From a virus (taxonomy: Duplodnaviria; Caudoviricetes), in the IMG/VR virus record IMGVR_UViG_3300044614_001468, positions 1-55,471 of that record: a stretch of 55,471 bases of DNA, one strand, 5' to 3'. Below, in pieces: positions 46,490 through 55,471 of the stretch; positions within the stretch are counted from its first letter, which is position 1; every line of letters starts with the position of its first letter. The position numbers and the translations under genes are program-made. Under the pieces are notes generated by a model that was given only the letters and a program-made list of their open reading frames with translations, ran no database searches and was not told the origin of the DNA.

Positions 46490-47626
46490 ATGGACATCAC
46501 ATCCCCAGTCAGCACTCCGTCAGCAACGCCCGCAGCGACAACGCCCATTAACATCAACAGTGGGCCGTCAAGCGCGCCATTGCCTCCTAAACCCTCTACG
46601 ACGCTTCCCGATCAAAACATCTCTCTTGATTTTGATGGCGAAGACTCAACGTCATTTGACACCAACAAAGCTACTCAACCGACAGAAACTCCCGTAGCCG
46701 AAACGACTAATGAAACTACCACAGAAGAACAAGATCCATTCGATCTTCCTAAGGATGTTTCAGAGGCCATTAAGTCTACCAAGCCTAAAGAGCCTACCCA
46801 ACCAGAGGCGCAGAAATCTGAGACGTCGCCTCAAGCGACAACTCAACAAGGTCGCGACTATAGCAATCTGCCCGATGAAGTCGTCTCGGTTCTAAAGAAA
46901 CTTCCTAATCAGACCTATAACGCCGTACGCGAACAGCTTCCAAAATGGTACGATGCGTTTAAGAAACAAGCAGACATTCCTAAATACTTCACGCAACATC
47001 CTGAAGCTTACAAGCTCGACACTGGCTATAACCAAATCCAGAACGAGCTAGAGACCGATCGCTTTGAAGTAGGTGCGCTTAAAGATGCACTGATCAGCAT
47101 CAAGCAAAACAAGCCTTTTGAGCTTCTTACTGGCTACGACGCAGAAGGCAATCCTGTCTTTAAGACAGTCAATCCTGATCGCAATGGACACAATCCATCG
47201 GTCGAGTTAGAACTTACGGAAGCTTATCGTCGCGCCCAAGCCAATTATGATAAGTCTTTTCAAGGCTTTAAGAACTATCCTGATCGCTTCAAGGCTAAGA
47301 TCGCAGAAGAGCGTGAGTTTATCAACGGCAGCTTTAAGAAAATCTTTAAGGACATTGATCCTGATAAACTGTCGCCCGAAGAAAAGAACTATGCGCCGTT
47401 GCTTGAAAAGATCATTCCCGATAGCGTGACCGCAGAGGATGCTCGAAAGATTGCGCACTATGCAATGATCGGCAACTTGCGTATGGCTAAGGCGTTTCAG
47501 AGTTACATTGCACAGCAGAAGACAAAGCCCGTCGTGATCCCGCCGCCAAGCTCTGGTCCAATGGGCAAATCCGTAGGCGGCGACGACATCCCGCTGTCCG
47601 ATGGCGGAATGTTCGGTGAAGACTAA
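46490..47626 (+). CDS. Capsid scaffolding protein
   Basis: P/T/E-rich disordered N-terminus, helical body, upstream of the capsid gene. Confidence 0.65.
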   Translation: MDITSPVSTPSATPAATTPININSGPSSAPLPPKPSTTLPDQNISLDFDGEDSTSFDTNKATQPTETPVAETTNETTTEEQDPFDLPKDVSEAIKSTKPKEPTQPEAQKSETSPQATTQQGRDYSNLPDEVVSVLKKLPNQTYNAVREQLPKWYDAFKKQADIPKYFTQHPEAYKLDTGYNQIQNELETDRFEVGALKDALISIKQNKPFELLTGYDAEGNPVFKTVNPDRNGHNPSVELELTEAYRRAQANYDKSFQGFKNYPDRFKAKIAEEREFINGSFKKIFKDIDPDKLSPEEKNYAPLLEKIIPDSVTAEDARKIAHYAMIGNLRMAKAFQSYIAQQKTKPVVIPPPSSGPMGKSVGGDDIPLSDGGMFGED

Positions 47627-47646
47627 ATACGACTAAATAAAAACAT

Positions 47647-47664
47647 CTGGCATATCGTTAGCAA
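47647..47664 (+). promoter_or_regulatory. Putative sigma-54 promoter of the major capsid gene
   Basis: cTGGCAtatcgttaGCaa in the intergenic region. Confidence 0.7.
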
Positions 47665-47682
47665 TGCAACGATTGTCAGACC

Positions 47683-47800
47683 GAAGCCTTTAACAGGCTT
47701 CCGCTAGAAGCTCTGCTATCTAAGCGGTTACGGCTAGGACAGACCTAACCATTAACCGTTTGTGATGTCAGGGCTTTTTTATTGCCTTGACTAATCAAAC
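47683..47800 (+). promoter_or_regulatory. Structured 5' leader of capsid mRNA (four tandem hairpins)
   Basis: gaagcct/aggcttc; ccgctaga/tctaagcgg; ggtta.ggctagg/cctaacc..taacc; gtttg..gtcagggc/gccttgac..caaac. Confidence 0.55.
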
Positions 47801-47818
47801 AAAAACGAAAGTATAACA

Positions 47819-49117
47819 ATGCCAGCAACATGGGACTTGCCGCGTTCAAGCGGCCTTTGGAATCAACAGGACATCGCTAACTACAACCGCCTTCCGATCT
47901 GGATGGCTATGCAGCAGACCAAGAAGATGCAGATGTGGTCGCGCTGGAAGGACATGTTTCCCAAGATCAAGTGGAAACAGAACATGGGTGACATCCTGCA
48001 GGGTGTGATCGCGGAGAACTCCCCGATCGTCAATCAGGTGCATCGCCCGAAGAACATCACCGAGTTGCCGCTCAAGACCGTGGCGAGCACTTGGGAGCGT
48101 ACGAACCAGAGCCGCGTCAAGCGTCACAACTTCGAATCTCCTCAGTTCAACTTCCTCCCCAGCTTCCGCGATTTCCGCACGAAGCAGCTGAAGTTCGCCG
48201 CTGAAGATCTCTCGAAGCAGATCGCTGTCGGCTATGATTTGTTCACGCGTGACAACGTGTTTCAGAACTCGCCGTTCGTGTACGTTGTGGGTAACACCAC
48301 CTCTGGCGAATTGCCCTTGATCAACGCCCCGGCCGCTTTGCCGACCGATACCAGCGCGATCAAAGACACCGCTTGGGTTGCCGCCACGTCTGCCAAGATT
48401 GGCTCTGACGACAACGGTTTCCTCTCCTATCGACAGATTCAGGCCGTCGCTTCCTACGCGAAGAACTACCTGATGATTCCTCCGATGGAAGGAATGCAGA
48501 GCGGCGCTCCTGCTGACAATGAAATGTCGAAGGGCAAGTATATCCTCGTCGGTGGTTCTGAGATCTATGAAGGTCTCGCCTTTGATGAGCACGTGCTGAA
48601 CACCAAGCCGCTCGCGATGAACCTCCTGAATAGCTCCTTCCAAGGCGCTATCGGGCCGAACATCATCTTCCGCGAAGAGTTCTATCCTCTGCGTTTTGCT
48701 GAGGATGGCACTATGCCCGCGCCCGAGATCGAGCTGTTGCTGCCTGACAGCGGCTACTCGACCCCGAACGCTACTCGTCAGACTGTCGTCAATCCTGCCT
48801 ACGCGAGCGCCGCTATCGGCGTGGCGTTCTTGATTGGCTATAATCCCTACGAGCAGATCGACGTGGGTCCGCCTCCCAGCGAGTTCACTGGCGCTTCCAT
48901 CAATGGCAAGCGTTTTAATCAGCTCACTTGGAACGGTGAAGTTCGCCTGACCGACAACGTGCTGGTCAACTACGGATCGAACAATCTCGATACCAACAAG
49001 TACGGTGAGTTCCTGCAGCTGATCGCCGACACCGTGCTCGGCATCATCGGCAATACTCCTCGTAACGTCATCCCCATCATCTATCGTCGTCAGATCGCTC
49101 CGTCGCTGTTTGTGTAA
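47819..49117 (+). CDS. Major capsid protein
   Basis: 432 aa, strong codon bias, position after scaffold. Confidence 0.75.
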   Translation: MPATWDLPRSSGLWNQQDIANYNRLPIWMAMQQTKKMQMWSRWKDMFPKIKWKQNMGDILQGVIAENSPIVNQVHRPKNITELPLKTVASTWERTNQSRVKRHNFESPQFNFLPSFRDFRTKQLKFAAEDLSKQIAVGYDLFTRDNVFQNSPFVYVVGNTTSGELPLINAPAALPTDTSAIKDTAWVAATSAKIGSDDNGFLSYRQIQAVASYAKNYLMIPPMEGMQSGAPADNEMSKGKYILVGGSEIYEGLAFDEHVLNTKPLAMNLLNSSFQGAIGPNIIFREEFYPLRFAEDGTMPAPEIELLLPDSGYSTPNATRQTVVNPAYASAAIGVAFLIGYNPYEQIDVGPPPSEFTGASINGKRFNQLTWNGEVRLTDNVLVNYGSNNLDTNKYGEFLQLIADTVLGIIGNTPRNVIPIIYRRQIAPSLFV

Positions 49118-49149
49118 TCTAAACGGCAACAATTAACTAACATAAGAAC

Positions 49150-49641
49150 ATGAAGAACTTGTTTAAATACTTCGTTACGTTCGCTGCGATGGCTGGTTTG
49201 CTCGTGGCGGAAGTTGTGTCCGGTACGTTTACTTCGGCTATTTCCGTTCTAAACTCCACTGGCGTCTCGATCCGCAACTTCCAGGTTACTGATACCAGCG
49301 GCTCTGCGAACACTGTCATTCTCTATGATAATGACTCTGCCAGCAGCACCAATCGTGTTTATGCCGCGTACACTGGAGTTACTCAGTATACCACCAATGT
49401 CGTGATGTCTTTCACGAACTTCACTGGTGTGGTGCAGAGCTATACTAATACCGTGTTGGCTACTGTCAACACCACCGTTCCGGCCGCCACCAATCAGGCT
49501 CGTCGAGTGTTCACGTTCACGCTGCCTGCTAACGGCACCGTGACCTTTACGCCGAACTCTCCTCAAGGCACGACCTTTGGTCTGCAGCTGAAAGCTGTAG
49601 GCAACGGCGTTTATAACGCCGACATTCAGCCTTTGCCGTAA
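49150..49641 (+). CDS. Beta-rich protein co-transcribed with the capsid gene, with signal-peptide-like N-terminus (decoration protein?)
   Basis: MKNLFKYFVTFAAMAGLLVA; Thr/Asn/Val-rich. Confidence 0.6.
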   Translation: MKNLFKYFVTFAAMAGLLVAEVVSGTFTSAISVLNSTGVSIRNFQVTDTSGSANTVILYDNDSASSTNRVYAAYTGVTQYTTNVVMSFTNFTGVVQSYTNTVLATVNTTVPAATNQARRVFTFTLPANGTVTFTPNSPQGTTFGLQLKAVGNGVYNADIQPLP

Positions 49642-49647
49642 GACAAC

Positions 49648-49677
49648 CAGCCCACTCGAAAGAGTGGGTTGCTTTTT
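49648..49677 (+). terminator. Intrinsic terminator
   Basis: cagcccactc-gaaa-gagtgggttg-cttttt. Confidence 0.85.
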
Positions 49678-49717
49678 GGAGTTATAAATTAACCCTAAAA
49701 AGCAGCCCAATCTATGA

Positions 49718-49735
49718 TTGGCAACTAGGCAGCTA
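49718..49735 (+). promoter_or_regulatory. Putative sigma-54 promoter of tail fibre operon
   Basis: tTGGCAactaggcaGCta right after a terminator; the -12 C lies 14 nt before the ATG. Confidence 0.55.
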
Positions 49736-49746
49736 AACTTTAACGT

Positions 49747-51021
49747 ATGTCTTCTTTATCTACACTACCAAAAGGCGACTCTGCGTGGCTTCTAAGGAAG
49801 TCCATTCAGCGCGTCATGCAGCAAGTCTCCGTTCTGGAGACTAACATCGGCTCGTCTACGACGGGCAATAGTGCAAATACTCAAATCATTTTTAATGATA
49901 ACGGTACTTTGCGGGGCGACGCTCAGTTTACCTGGAACAAAACTCTTAATCGGCTGACCGTTGATGGAGATGAAACTATCAGCGGCGATCTGACGGTGGC
50001 GGCGAATACGCTGAAGGTTGATTCGACGAATGATCGGGTGGGTATTGGTACGGCGACACCTTATGCTTTGCTTCACGCAAACGGCACGATTGCAGCCGCC
50101 AATTTTGATTGGACCCCAAGTTTTATTGCACCGACTGTCGGATTACTTGCAGCCAGCAACAGCAGTTCCGCATCTATTCGAATTGCGACATTGGATTCAA
50201 ATCCAACACACGATCCTTTTGTCAATTTCCTAACTTCTGGCGGTCAGAACTGGAGCATTGGAATTGATAACTCCGACAGCGACAAGTTCAAGATTGCGTT
50301 TACGAATGGATTTACTGGCAGCAATGAAGTTTTTGCTGTTGATACTTCTGCTGTGTTCTCTTGGTACGACGGCGCAGGCGGCACTCGAATGACCCTGAAC
50401 TCCACGGGGCTGGGCGTGGGGGGAAGTCCTGCGGGAACGTTCCCGGTCATTTTGGTCGAAGGAGGCGCTGGAACTTACGCTAAATTCAACTCCAAGGTCG
50501 GAGCAAAAACATGGTCCACTGGCTATCGCTCTGGAACGACTCAGTTTGAAATTCAGGAGGATGGAACTGAGCGATTCGTAATTGCCAACGGCGGCAACGT
50601 CGGCGTGGGGGTTACGCCGAGTGCGTGGGGTGGTGGTGGTAGAGCGTTTGAAATTGGATTCATTGGAACCGGAATCCAAAGCAGGAATAACCAGTATTCC
50701 GCATTAACGCAAAACAGTTGGTTCAACTCATCTGCACAATGGATTTACGGAGCTACTGGTCTTGCTTCACGCTACGATCAGGACGCTGGAACTCATAAGT
50801 GGTTTATCGCCCCCAGCGGCACCGCTGGAAACGCCATCACCTTCACCCAAGCAATGACGCTCGATGCGAGCGGGAATCTGATTCTGCAATCTTCCGCAAC
50901 TCCCGCCACGTTGACTGTCAACGGCCAGCTAACCGTCAACGCCACCAGCAACACCAACCTCCGCTTTAGCTATCGCGGATCTGATGGCACAACCCGAGTC
51001 GCCAACATCACTCTCGCCTAA
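49747..51021 (+). CDS. Tail fibre protein
   Basis: NTQIIFND.G, RVGIGTATP, GNVGVGVTPSAW, FTQAMTLDASGNL fibre motifs. Confidence 0.8.
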   Translation: MSSLSTLPKGDSAWLLRKSIQRVMQQVSVLETNIGSSTTGNSANTQIIFNDNGTLRGDAQFTWNKTLNRLTVDGDETISGDLTVAANTLKVDSTNDRVGIGTATPYALLHANGTIAAANFDWTPSFIAPTVGLLAASNSSSASIRIATLDSNPTHDPFVNFLTSGGQNWSIGIDNSDSDKFKIAFTNGFTGSNEVFAVDTSAVFSWYDGAGGTRMTLNSTGLGVGGSPAGTFPVILVEGGAGTYAKFNSKVGAKTWSTGYRSGTTQFEIQEDGTERFVIANGGNVGVGVTPSAWGGGGRAFEIGFIGTGIQSRNNQYSALTQNSWFNSSAQWIYGATGLASRYDQDAGTHKWFIAPSGTAGNAITFTQAMTLDASGNLILQSSATPATLTVNGQLTVNATSNTNLRFSYRGSDGTTRVANITLA

Positions 51022-51025
51022 TCCC

Positions 51026-51445
51026 ATGATTACCCTCTCTTGGATCATTGAACGCCTGTTGGTCAAACCGACCGAAGGCACTCTCACGGACGTTGTGATT
51101 ACCGCCGACTGGCGATGCAACGGCTCGCAGGATCAGTACAGCGGCACTTGCTACGGATCGACCTCATTCTTTCCGCCGACTGAGAACTTCACTCCGTACG
51201 ATCAGCTCACGCAGGATCAAGTCCTCGGCTGGTGCTTTGCTTCTGGAGTCAATCAAACTGCCATCGAAGCGAACGTGACGCAGCAGATCAACGACCAGAT
51301 CAACCCGCCGATCATCGCTCCGCCGCTGCCGTGGTTGCCTCCGGTTCCTCCGCCCCAGCCCGAGATGATCGTGCCTCCGATGTTGCCGCAGGTGGAGCCG
51401 GTTTTGGTTGCGGAGCAGCCCGTCGTTTCCGACACTGCCGCCTGA
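51026..51445 (+). CDS. Small tail-fibre-associated protein (allele B C-terminus)
   Basis: WII..L...TDVV..ADW...FTPYDQLTQDQVLGW...PLPW. Confidence 0.75.
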   Translation: MITLSWIIERLLVKPTEGTLTDVVITADWRCNGSQDQYSGTCYGSTSFFPPTENFTPYDQLTQDQVLGWCFASGVNQTAIEANVTQQINDQINPPIIAPPLPWLPPVPPPQPEMIVPPMLPQVEPVLVAEQPVVSDTAA

Positions 51446-51446
51446 T

Positions 51447-51599
51447 ATGATCAAGATCGAACTGACTCCCCAGCAATTCAACCAGCTCTATGAACTGCTG
51501 GTCATTGGTATGAAGGCCGGCAACGTCCAAAACATGAAGGTCGGACTGCCGCTCGTTGAAATCCTCGAAACCGCAGCCGCGCAACACAAACCCGAGTAA
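51447..51599 (+). CDS. Small hypothetical protein, homologue of 266-436
   Basis: Protein similarity. Confidence 0.75.
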   Translation: MIKIELTPQQFNQLYELLVIGMKAGNVQNMKVGLPLVEILETAAAQHKPE

Positions 51600-51600
51600 C

Positions 51601-51777
51601 ATGGACGCAACCAACCACGGCGGTGGAACGAATGGACTAGCCTTGTCTCTTGGCACGGCAGCAGCAGCAACGTCTGCATCTATGCTGCCCCAGCTCACCG
51701 ACGAGATCCGTTTTGTCTCCGCCGTGGTTGGCCTCCTTGCGGCCTGTGTTGCCCTCTACAAAGCCATCAAGAAATGA
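51601..51777 (+). CDS. Small membrane protein
   Basis: C-terminal TM segment; counterpart of 487-663. Confidence 0.55.
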   Translation: MDATNHGGGTNGLALSLGTAAAATSASMLPQLTDEIRFVSAVVGLLAACVALYKAIKK

Positions 51778-51956
51778 AAAACACCAAGACAACTCTCGCC
51801 GGTATCGGAGCCATCCTCGTCGCAGTCGGTGGGGCCTTGAGGGCTCTGTTCGACGGTGATCCCAGCAGTAACGTCGATCTCGCTGCAACCATTGCCGCGG
51901 TGACCGCCGGTGTGGGCCTCATCGCCGCCAAGGACGCCGAGAAGAAACCGGAATGA
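51774..51956 (+). CDS. Holin-like protein, homologue of 888-1064
   Basis: KTTLAGIGAILVAVGGAL shared. Confidence 0.7.
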   Translation: MKNTKTTLAGIGAILVAVGGALRALFDGDPSSNVDLAATIAAVTAGVGLIAAKDAEKKPE

Positions 51957-52096
51957 ACGTGATCGAGCAGATCGTGACAGCCATTCTAAAATGGCTGACC
52001 GGCCTGGCTAAAACTCAACCAACAGCCGAAGATGCCAAACCAGACCCCGAGCTTAAACAAAAGCTGCTGGATCGCATTGATCGCTCTGGCATCTAG
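51953..52096 (+). CDS. i-spanin-like protein, homologue of 1061-1228
   Basis: IEQIVTAILKWL. Confidence 0.5.
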   Translation: MNVIEQIVTAILKWLTGLAKTQPTAEDAKPDPELKQKLLDRIDRSGI

Positions 52097-52259
52097 CTGT
52101 GGCTGTCAGACCCGAGTGGTCTATGTGCCCCACGGCGAGCCTGTGCGCCTTGCTGAGAGCGTTAAAGCTCGTGTCTGGGTCAAAGGTGCGGACGGGGCTC
52201 CTGTGCGCTCCAGCAACCGAATCACACTGCCGGAAGGCTGGTACTCTCTCCCCAAATGA
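52032..52259 (+). CDS. o-spanin-like lipoprotein
   Basis: LASSCGC lipobox region, LPEGWY. Confidence 0.55.
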   Translation: MPNQTPSLNKSCWIALIALASSCGCQTRVVYVPHGEPVRLAESVKARVWVKGADGAPVRSSNRITLPEGWYSLPK

Positions 52260-52606
52260 CCAACGTAACCCAAGAGATTCCCCGCGGCGACCGGTGGATC
52301 GTGCCGGTGACTGTGACCATACCGGACGATGCAACCTTCTCCTGGTCGGGGATCCTGGCGAAGTGCGAGGTCCGGAACGCTGACGATCTTTCGCTGTTTG
52401 TCACGCTGACCCCCACCGCGGATCTCTCGGTGGCCGGAGCCGCCACGTTTACCTTGGAGCTGACCGGCGCCCAGACCATCACTAAGAACATCGGCGACAA
52501 GCTGGTGGCCGACCTGGTGATCTACCGGACAAGCCCGACGTTCGGACCGCACACTCTTGTTGTTTTCCAACTGAACATCGTCCGCCGGATCACGACCACC
52601 ACATGA
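52256..52606 (+). CDS. Beta-rich tail-associated protein, counterpart of 1349-1705
   Basis: PRGD motif, similar length and position. Confidence 0.55.
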   Translation: MTNVTQEIPRGDRWIVPVTVTIPDDATFSWSGILAKCEVRNADDLSLFVTLTPTADLSVAGAATFTLELTGAQTITKNIGDKLVADLVIYRTSPTFGPHTLVVFQLNIVRRITTTT

Positions 52607-53364
52607 GCGACCTGGCCATCACGTTTCAGGAACAGAGTTTTCTGGTTCAATTCCCGCGCTATGTCGCCGGAACCACTGGAGCCGGTGGTTCTGTGGCGTG
52701 GAACGATGTCACCGGCAAGCCGGCCACCTTTCCGCCTTCTGCCCATACCCATCCAATTTCTGAGGTGGTCGAGCTCCAGACGCTCCTGGACGACGCCAAC
52801 GGCACAAAGCTCAATCAAGCCACGGTCAAGATAGTGCGCAAGGCTAGCGCCGGCACGATCACCAAGGGGCAGGTTGTCTACATTGTTGGATCCCAGGGCA
52901 CCCATCTCACTGTCGAGCTTGCCGATGCAGATTCCGAGGCCACGGCAGCAACGACCATCGGTGTTGCAATGGGCAACATCACAAACACGGTCGATGGCTA
53001 CATCATTGTCCAGGGCTTCCTCGACGGCCTGAGCAACCTGCCGACCGCCACCTTTACCGACGGCCAGGCGCTCTGGCTCTCGTCCACGGCCGGAGGATGG
53101 ACCAACACCCGCCCGACCCAGCCGGCGCACGGCGTTTTCCTTGGCTGGGTGGTATCGGCCAGCAACGGTTCTGCTGGTCGCGCCTATATCAAAGTCATTA
53201 ACGGCCAAGAGCTGAATGAACTGCACGACGTGCTCATCACCAGCCCGGCCAACGATCAGGTTTTGACTTACGAGACATCCAGCGGGCTCTGGAAGAACAA
53301 GACGGCATCATCTGGCGGAATCACCAACGGCCAATCCATCGTCAACGCTCTCATTTTCGGCTGA
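52603..53364 (+). CDS. Tail-fibre-like structural protein
   Basis: WNDVTGKPATFPPSAHTH, ITKGQVVYI, ELNELHDV motifs; ends ALIFG like 1709-1933. Confidence 0.65.
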   Translation: MSDLAITFQEQSFLVQFPRYVAGTTGAGGSVAWNDVTGKPATFPPSAHTHPISEVVELQTLLDDANGTKLNQATVKIVRKASAGTITKGQVVYIVGSQGTHLTVELADADSEATAATTIGVAMGNITNTVDGYIIVQGFLDGLSNLPTATFTDGQALWLSSTAGGWTNTRPTQPAHGVFLGWVVSASNGSAGRAYIKVINGQELNELHDVLITSPANDQVLTYETSSGLWKNKTASSGGITNGQSIVNALIFG

Positions 53365-53367
53365 CCC

Positions 53368-55374
53368 ATGAAGCAATTCACCATTCCATCCTACACGTTC
53401 ACGCCTGGAGCCTCGGGCGTCGGCACCGTCAACCTGTCCGGCATTTCAGGCTTCAACGTCAAATATCTGGTCGCCGTTATCAACCAGACCCGCGGCGTTG
53501 TGATTTACAGCACCGGAGACACCGCTACCCGATACACGAATCTGGCCGGAACCACGTTGACGTTGAACGTCGACACCTCGACCCACAACAGCGGTGACGT
53601 GCTGCAGGTCATTTACGAGGTCACGTCAGCCGATCCTCTGACTGATACGCAACTGAGAGCCACGGCGGTCTCGGTGAGCGGCACAGTGACAGCCAACACT
53701 GGATTGAGCCAGCCGCTTACCGACACTCAACTCAGGGCGAGTGCTGTTCCAGTTTCTGGAACTGTGACAGCAAACACTGGTTTGAGTCAGCCGCTTACTG
53801 ACAGCCAATTGCGAGCGACTGCTGTCCCGGTCAGCGGCACGTTCTTCCAAGCCACTCAACCCGTTTCTGCTGCCGCTCTCCCGCTGCCTTCCGGCGCATC
53901 CACCGAAACCACTTTGGCAGCCGTCGAGGTCGATACGTCGGCCATCGCGTCATCGGCCTCTGCCATCAACGGCAAACTTGCTGCGCTATCGACCCGCGTT
54001 CTGGACAATGAATCATCCGGTTCACCTGTCCGCGCAATCGGTCAGGAAATCTGGAACGTGTCGTTTTCTCAAGTCGGGGCATCGGTAATCTCTGACCAGT
54101 TTGTTACCCCGCAAACAGGCACTGGCGTCTCGTATTCTCAAGCATCCGGTGCGCTGGCCATCGTTGCTGGAACTACTGCCAACGCTGAGTTCTTCACACG
54201 TTCGACGACTACTTGGCGCGGAGCCATGCGGCTCAAGTTCTCGATTGTCTCATCGCAACGTATCGCCAACACCAACTTGGCGGTCATGCTGGCCGACCTT
54301 GTTGGCGAAGGTCTGACTGTCACGATCAACAGCGCGACAAGCATCACCGTTGCTCAAGCGGGCCATGCTTTCACTTCAACGAGCGTCGGTCAGTTCGTTC
54401 AAGTGGGCCGCATCGTTGGCGCGAATGGTGTTCCGGGTCGTTACGCCATCGCTTCGGTTGTGGCGGGTGTTTCCTACAACCTCACCGTTGCTGGCTGGCC
54501 TGCGTCTGGTAGCTGCACGGCGACAGTCTTCGGGCATTCGTATGTCCGAAACCTTGTCACCGGAACGACAGCCACAAACATCAACGTCGATGCTCAACGC
54601 CGTGGATGGGCGCAGGGCGACACTACCGCAACGATTAACACAACGGCTTCTCCCGGTACAATCATCACTTGCGAGCTGACTGGTCGTGAGGTGTTTTGGG
54701 CGGATCAACTTCGGGCCACAACGACAACTCCGACCGTTGCGGTTAGGGCAAACCGCGTCGAAAACATCCCAGACGACAATCTCAACCTTTACCTGTTTGT
54801 CTGGTCGTTCAACGGCACAACCGCGCCAGCCTCATCGACGACGTGGACAATCTCTTTTTGCGCTATCGAGAAGTTCGCCAACATGCCCGTCTACATTCAG
54901 GGCAATCGGGCGCAGGGCGCGATGAATCCGATACCTGTCCAGACCCAAGGAACCGTCGCGACCAGTTTTACCCAACCCGCTTTGGTCGCTGGTAGTGCTC
55001 TAATCGGCGACGTGGGCCAGCAATATCGCGCAAACGCCACAGGTGCCGCTTCTGGTGCTCATTTAGTCAGTGCCGCAACCACCAACGCCACCATTGTCAA
55101 AGGATCTGCTGGGCGTGTACTAGGTTGGGCATTAGCAAACACCAACGCAGCGTTTCGATACGTTAAGCTGCACAACCAAACCACAACACCAACCGCTGGC
55201 TCTGGCGTTGTCAGAACCATCGCCATTCCTCCAAACAGTTTGGCCCAAATGAAACTTGAAGGCGGAATTGCTTTTGCCACGGGTATCGGCCTCACGACCG
55301 TCACAGGCTCAACCGACGCCGACACAACGGCGGTCGGGGCGGGCGACATCGTTGGCGAACTCTTCTTTGCGTAA
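53368..55374 (+). CDS. Tail fibre / receptor-binding protein (allele B)
   Basis: N-terminus and middle homologous to 1936-5115; different C-terminal domain. Confidence 0.8.
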   Translation: MKQFTIPSYTFTPGASGVGTVNLSGISGFNVKYLVAVINQTRGVVIYSTGDTATRYTNLAGTTLTLNVDTSTHNSGDVLQVIYEVTSADPLTDTQLRATAVSVSGTVTANTGLSQPLTDTQLRASAVPVSGTVTANTGLSQPLTDSQLRATAVPVSGTFFQATQPVSAAALPLPSGASTETTLAAVEVDTSAIASSASAINGKLAALSTRVLDNESSGSPVRAIGQEIWNVSFSQVGASVISDQFVTPQTGTGVSYSQASGALAIVAGTTANAEFFTRSTTTWRGAMRLKFSIVSSQRIANTNLAVMLADLVGEGLTVTINSATSITVAQAGHAFTSTSVGQFVQVGRIVGANGVPGRYAIASVVAGVSYNLTVAGWPASGSCTATVFGHSYVRNLVTGTTATNINVDAQRRGWAQGDTTATINTTASPGTIITCELTGREVFWADQLRATTTTPTVAVRANRVENIPDDNLNLYLFVWSFNGTTAPASSTTWTISFCAIEKFANMPVYIQGNRAQGAMNPIPVQTQGTVATSFTQPALVAGSALIGDVGQQYRANATGAASGAHLVSAATTNATIVKGSAGRVLGWALANTNAAFRYVKLHNQTTTPTAGSGVVRTIAIPPNSLAQMKLEGGIAFATGIGLTTVTGSTDADTTAVGAGDIVGELFFA

Positions 55375-55471
55375 GATGAAAATCTTAAGGTTCCTTCGAG
55401 ACTGCTGGGTGGGTGGCGTGTTCTACGCAACCAACCAGCCCGTTGCGTTTGGAAACCTTGCGTCGGACATT

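Noticed and set aside
47846-49132. Long antisense ORFs (also 13384-14874, 5896-6795, 8800-9438)
   Set aside because: Shadows of codon-biased sense genes with no independent motifs.
53362-53370. Programmed read-through fusing the ALIFG protein to the fibre (TGA CCC ATG in frame)
   Set aside because: The homologous junction at 1931-1938 is out of frame and has no canonical slippery heptamer, so the mechanism is not conserved.
53835-54930. Diversity-generating retroelement TR/VR pair with 3261-4356
   Set aside because: No reverse transcriptase gene; differences are mostly synonymous and not adenine-specific.

Overview
The window is an apparently complete tailed-phage genome (podovirus-like, about 51.2 kb when circularised at the exact 127-bp match 1-127 = 51225-51351). 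It is followed by about 4.1 kb (51352-55471) of an alternative version of the lysis/tail-fibre module, most likely a second strain or phage joined at an assembly branch. Morphogenesis genes run on + from 41887 around the circle to 20119: terminases, portal, scaffold, major capsid, tail fibres, holins/spanins, tailspike, tail and ejection proteins. Early and replication genes run on - from about 40800 to 20181. No integrase, tRNA or CRISPR array was seen. Main findings: (1) a phage-encoded sigma-54 system, with a full RpoN, an HTH-less GAFTGA AAA+ activator, and six intergenic -24/-12 promoters with an atypical -12 element (AGC in five, GGC in one) in front of terS, the capsid gene, a tail fibre, the putative SSB, a 214-aa gene and rpoN itself; (2) a densely base-paired early region of about 1.5 kb (about 39430-40960) that looks like a large structured RNA with a 126-aa ORF looped out by a long-range stem; (3) a family A DNA polymerase split into two genes around a ligase; (4) a tail nozzle-like protein fused to a degenerate metallophosphoesterase. 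A Gram-negative host is inferred from the spanin-like pair, possibly Verrucomicrobia/PVC. All functional calls come from motifs recognised by eye, without database searches.
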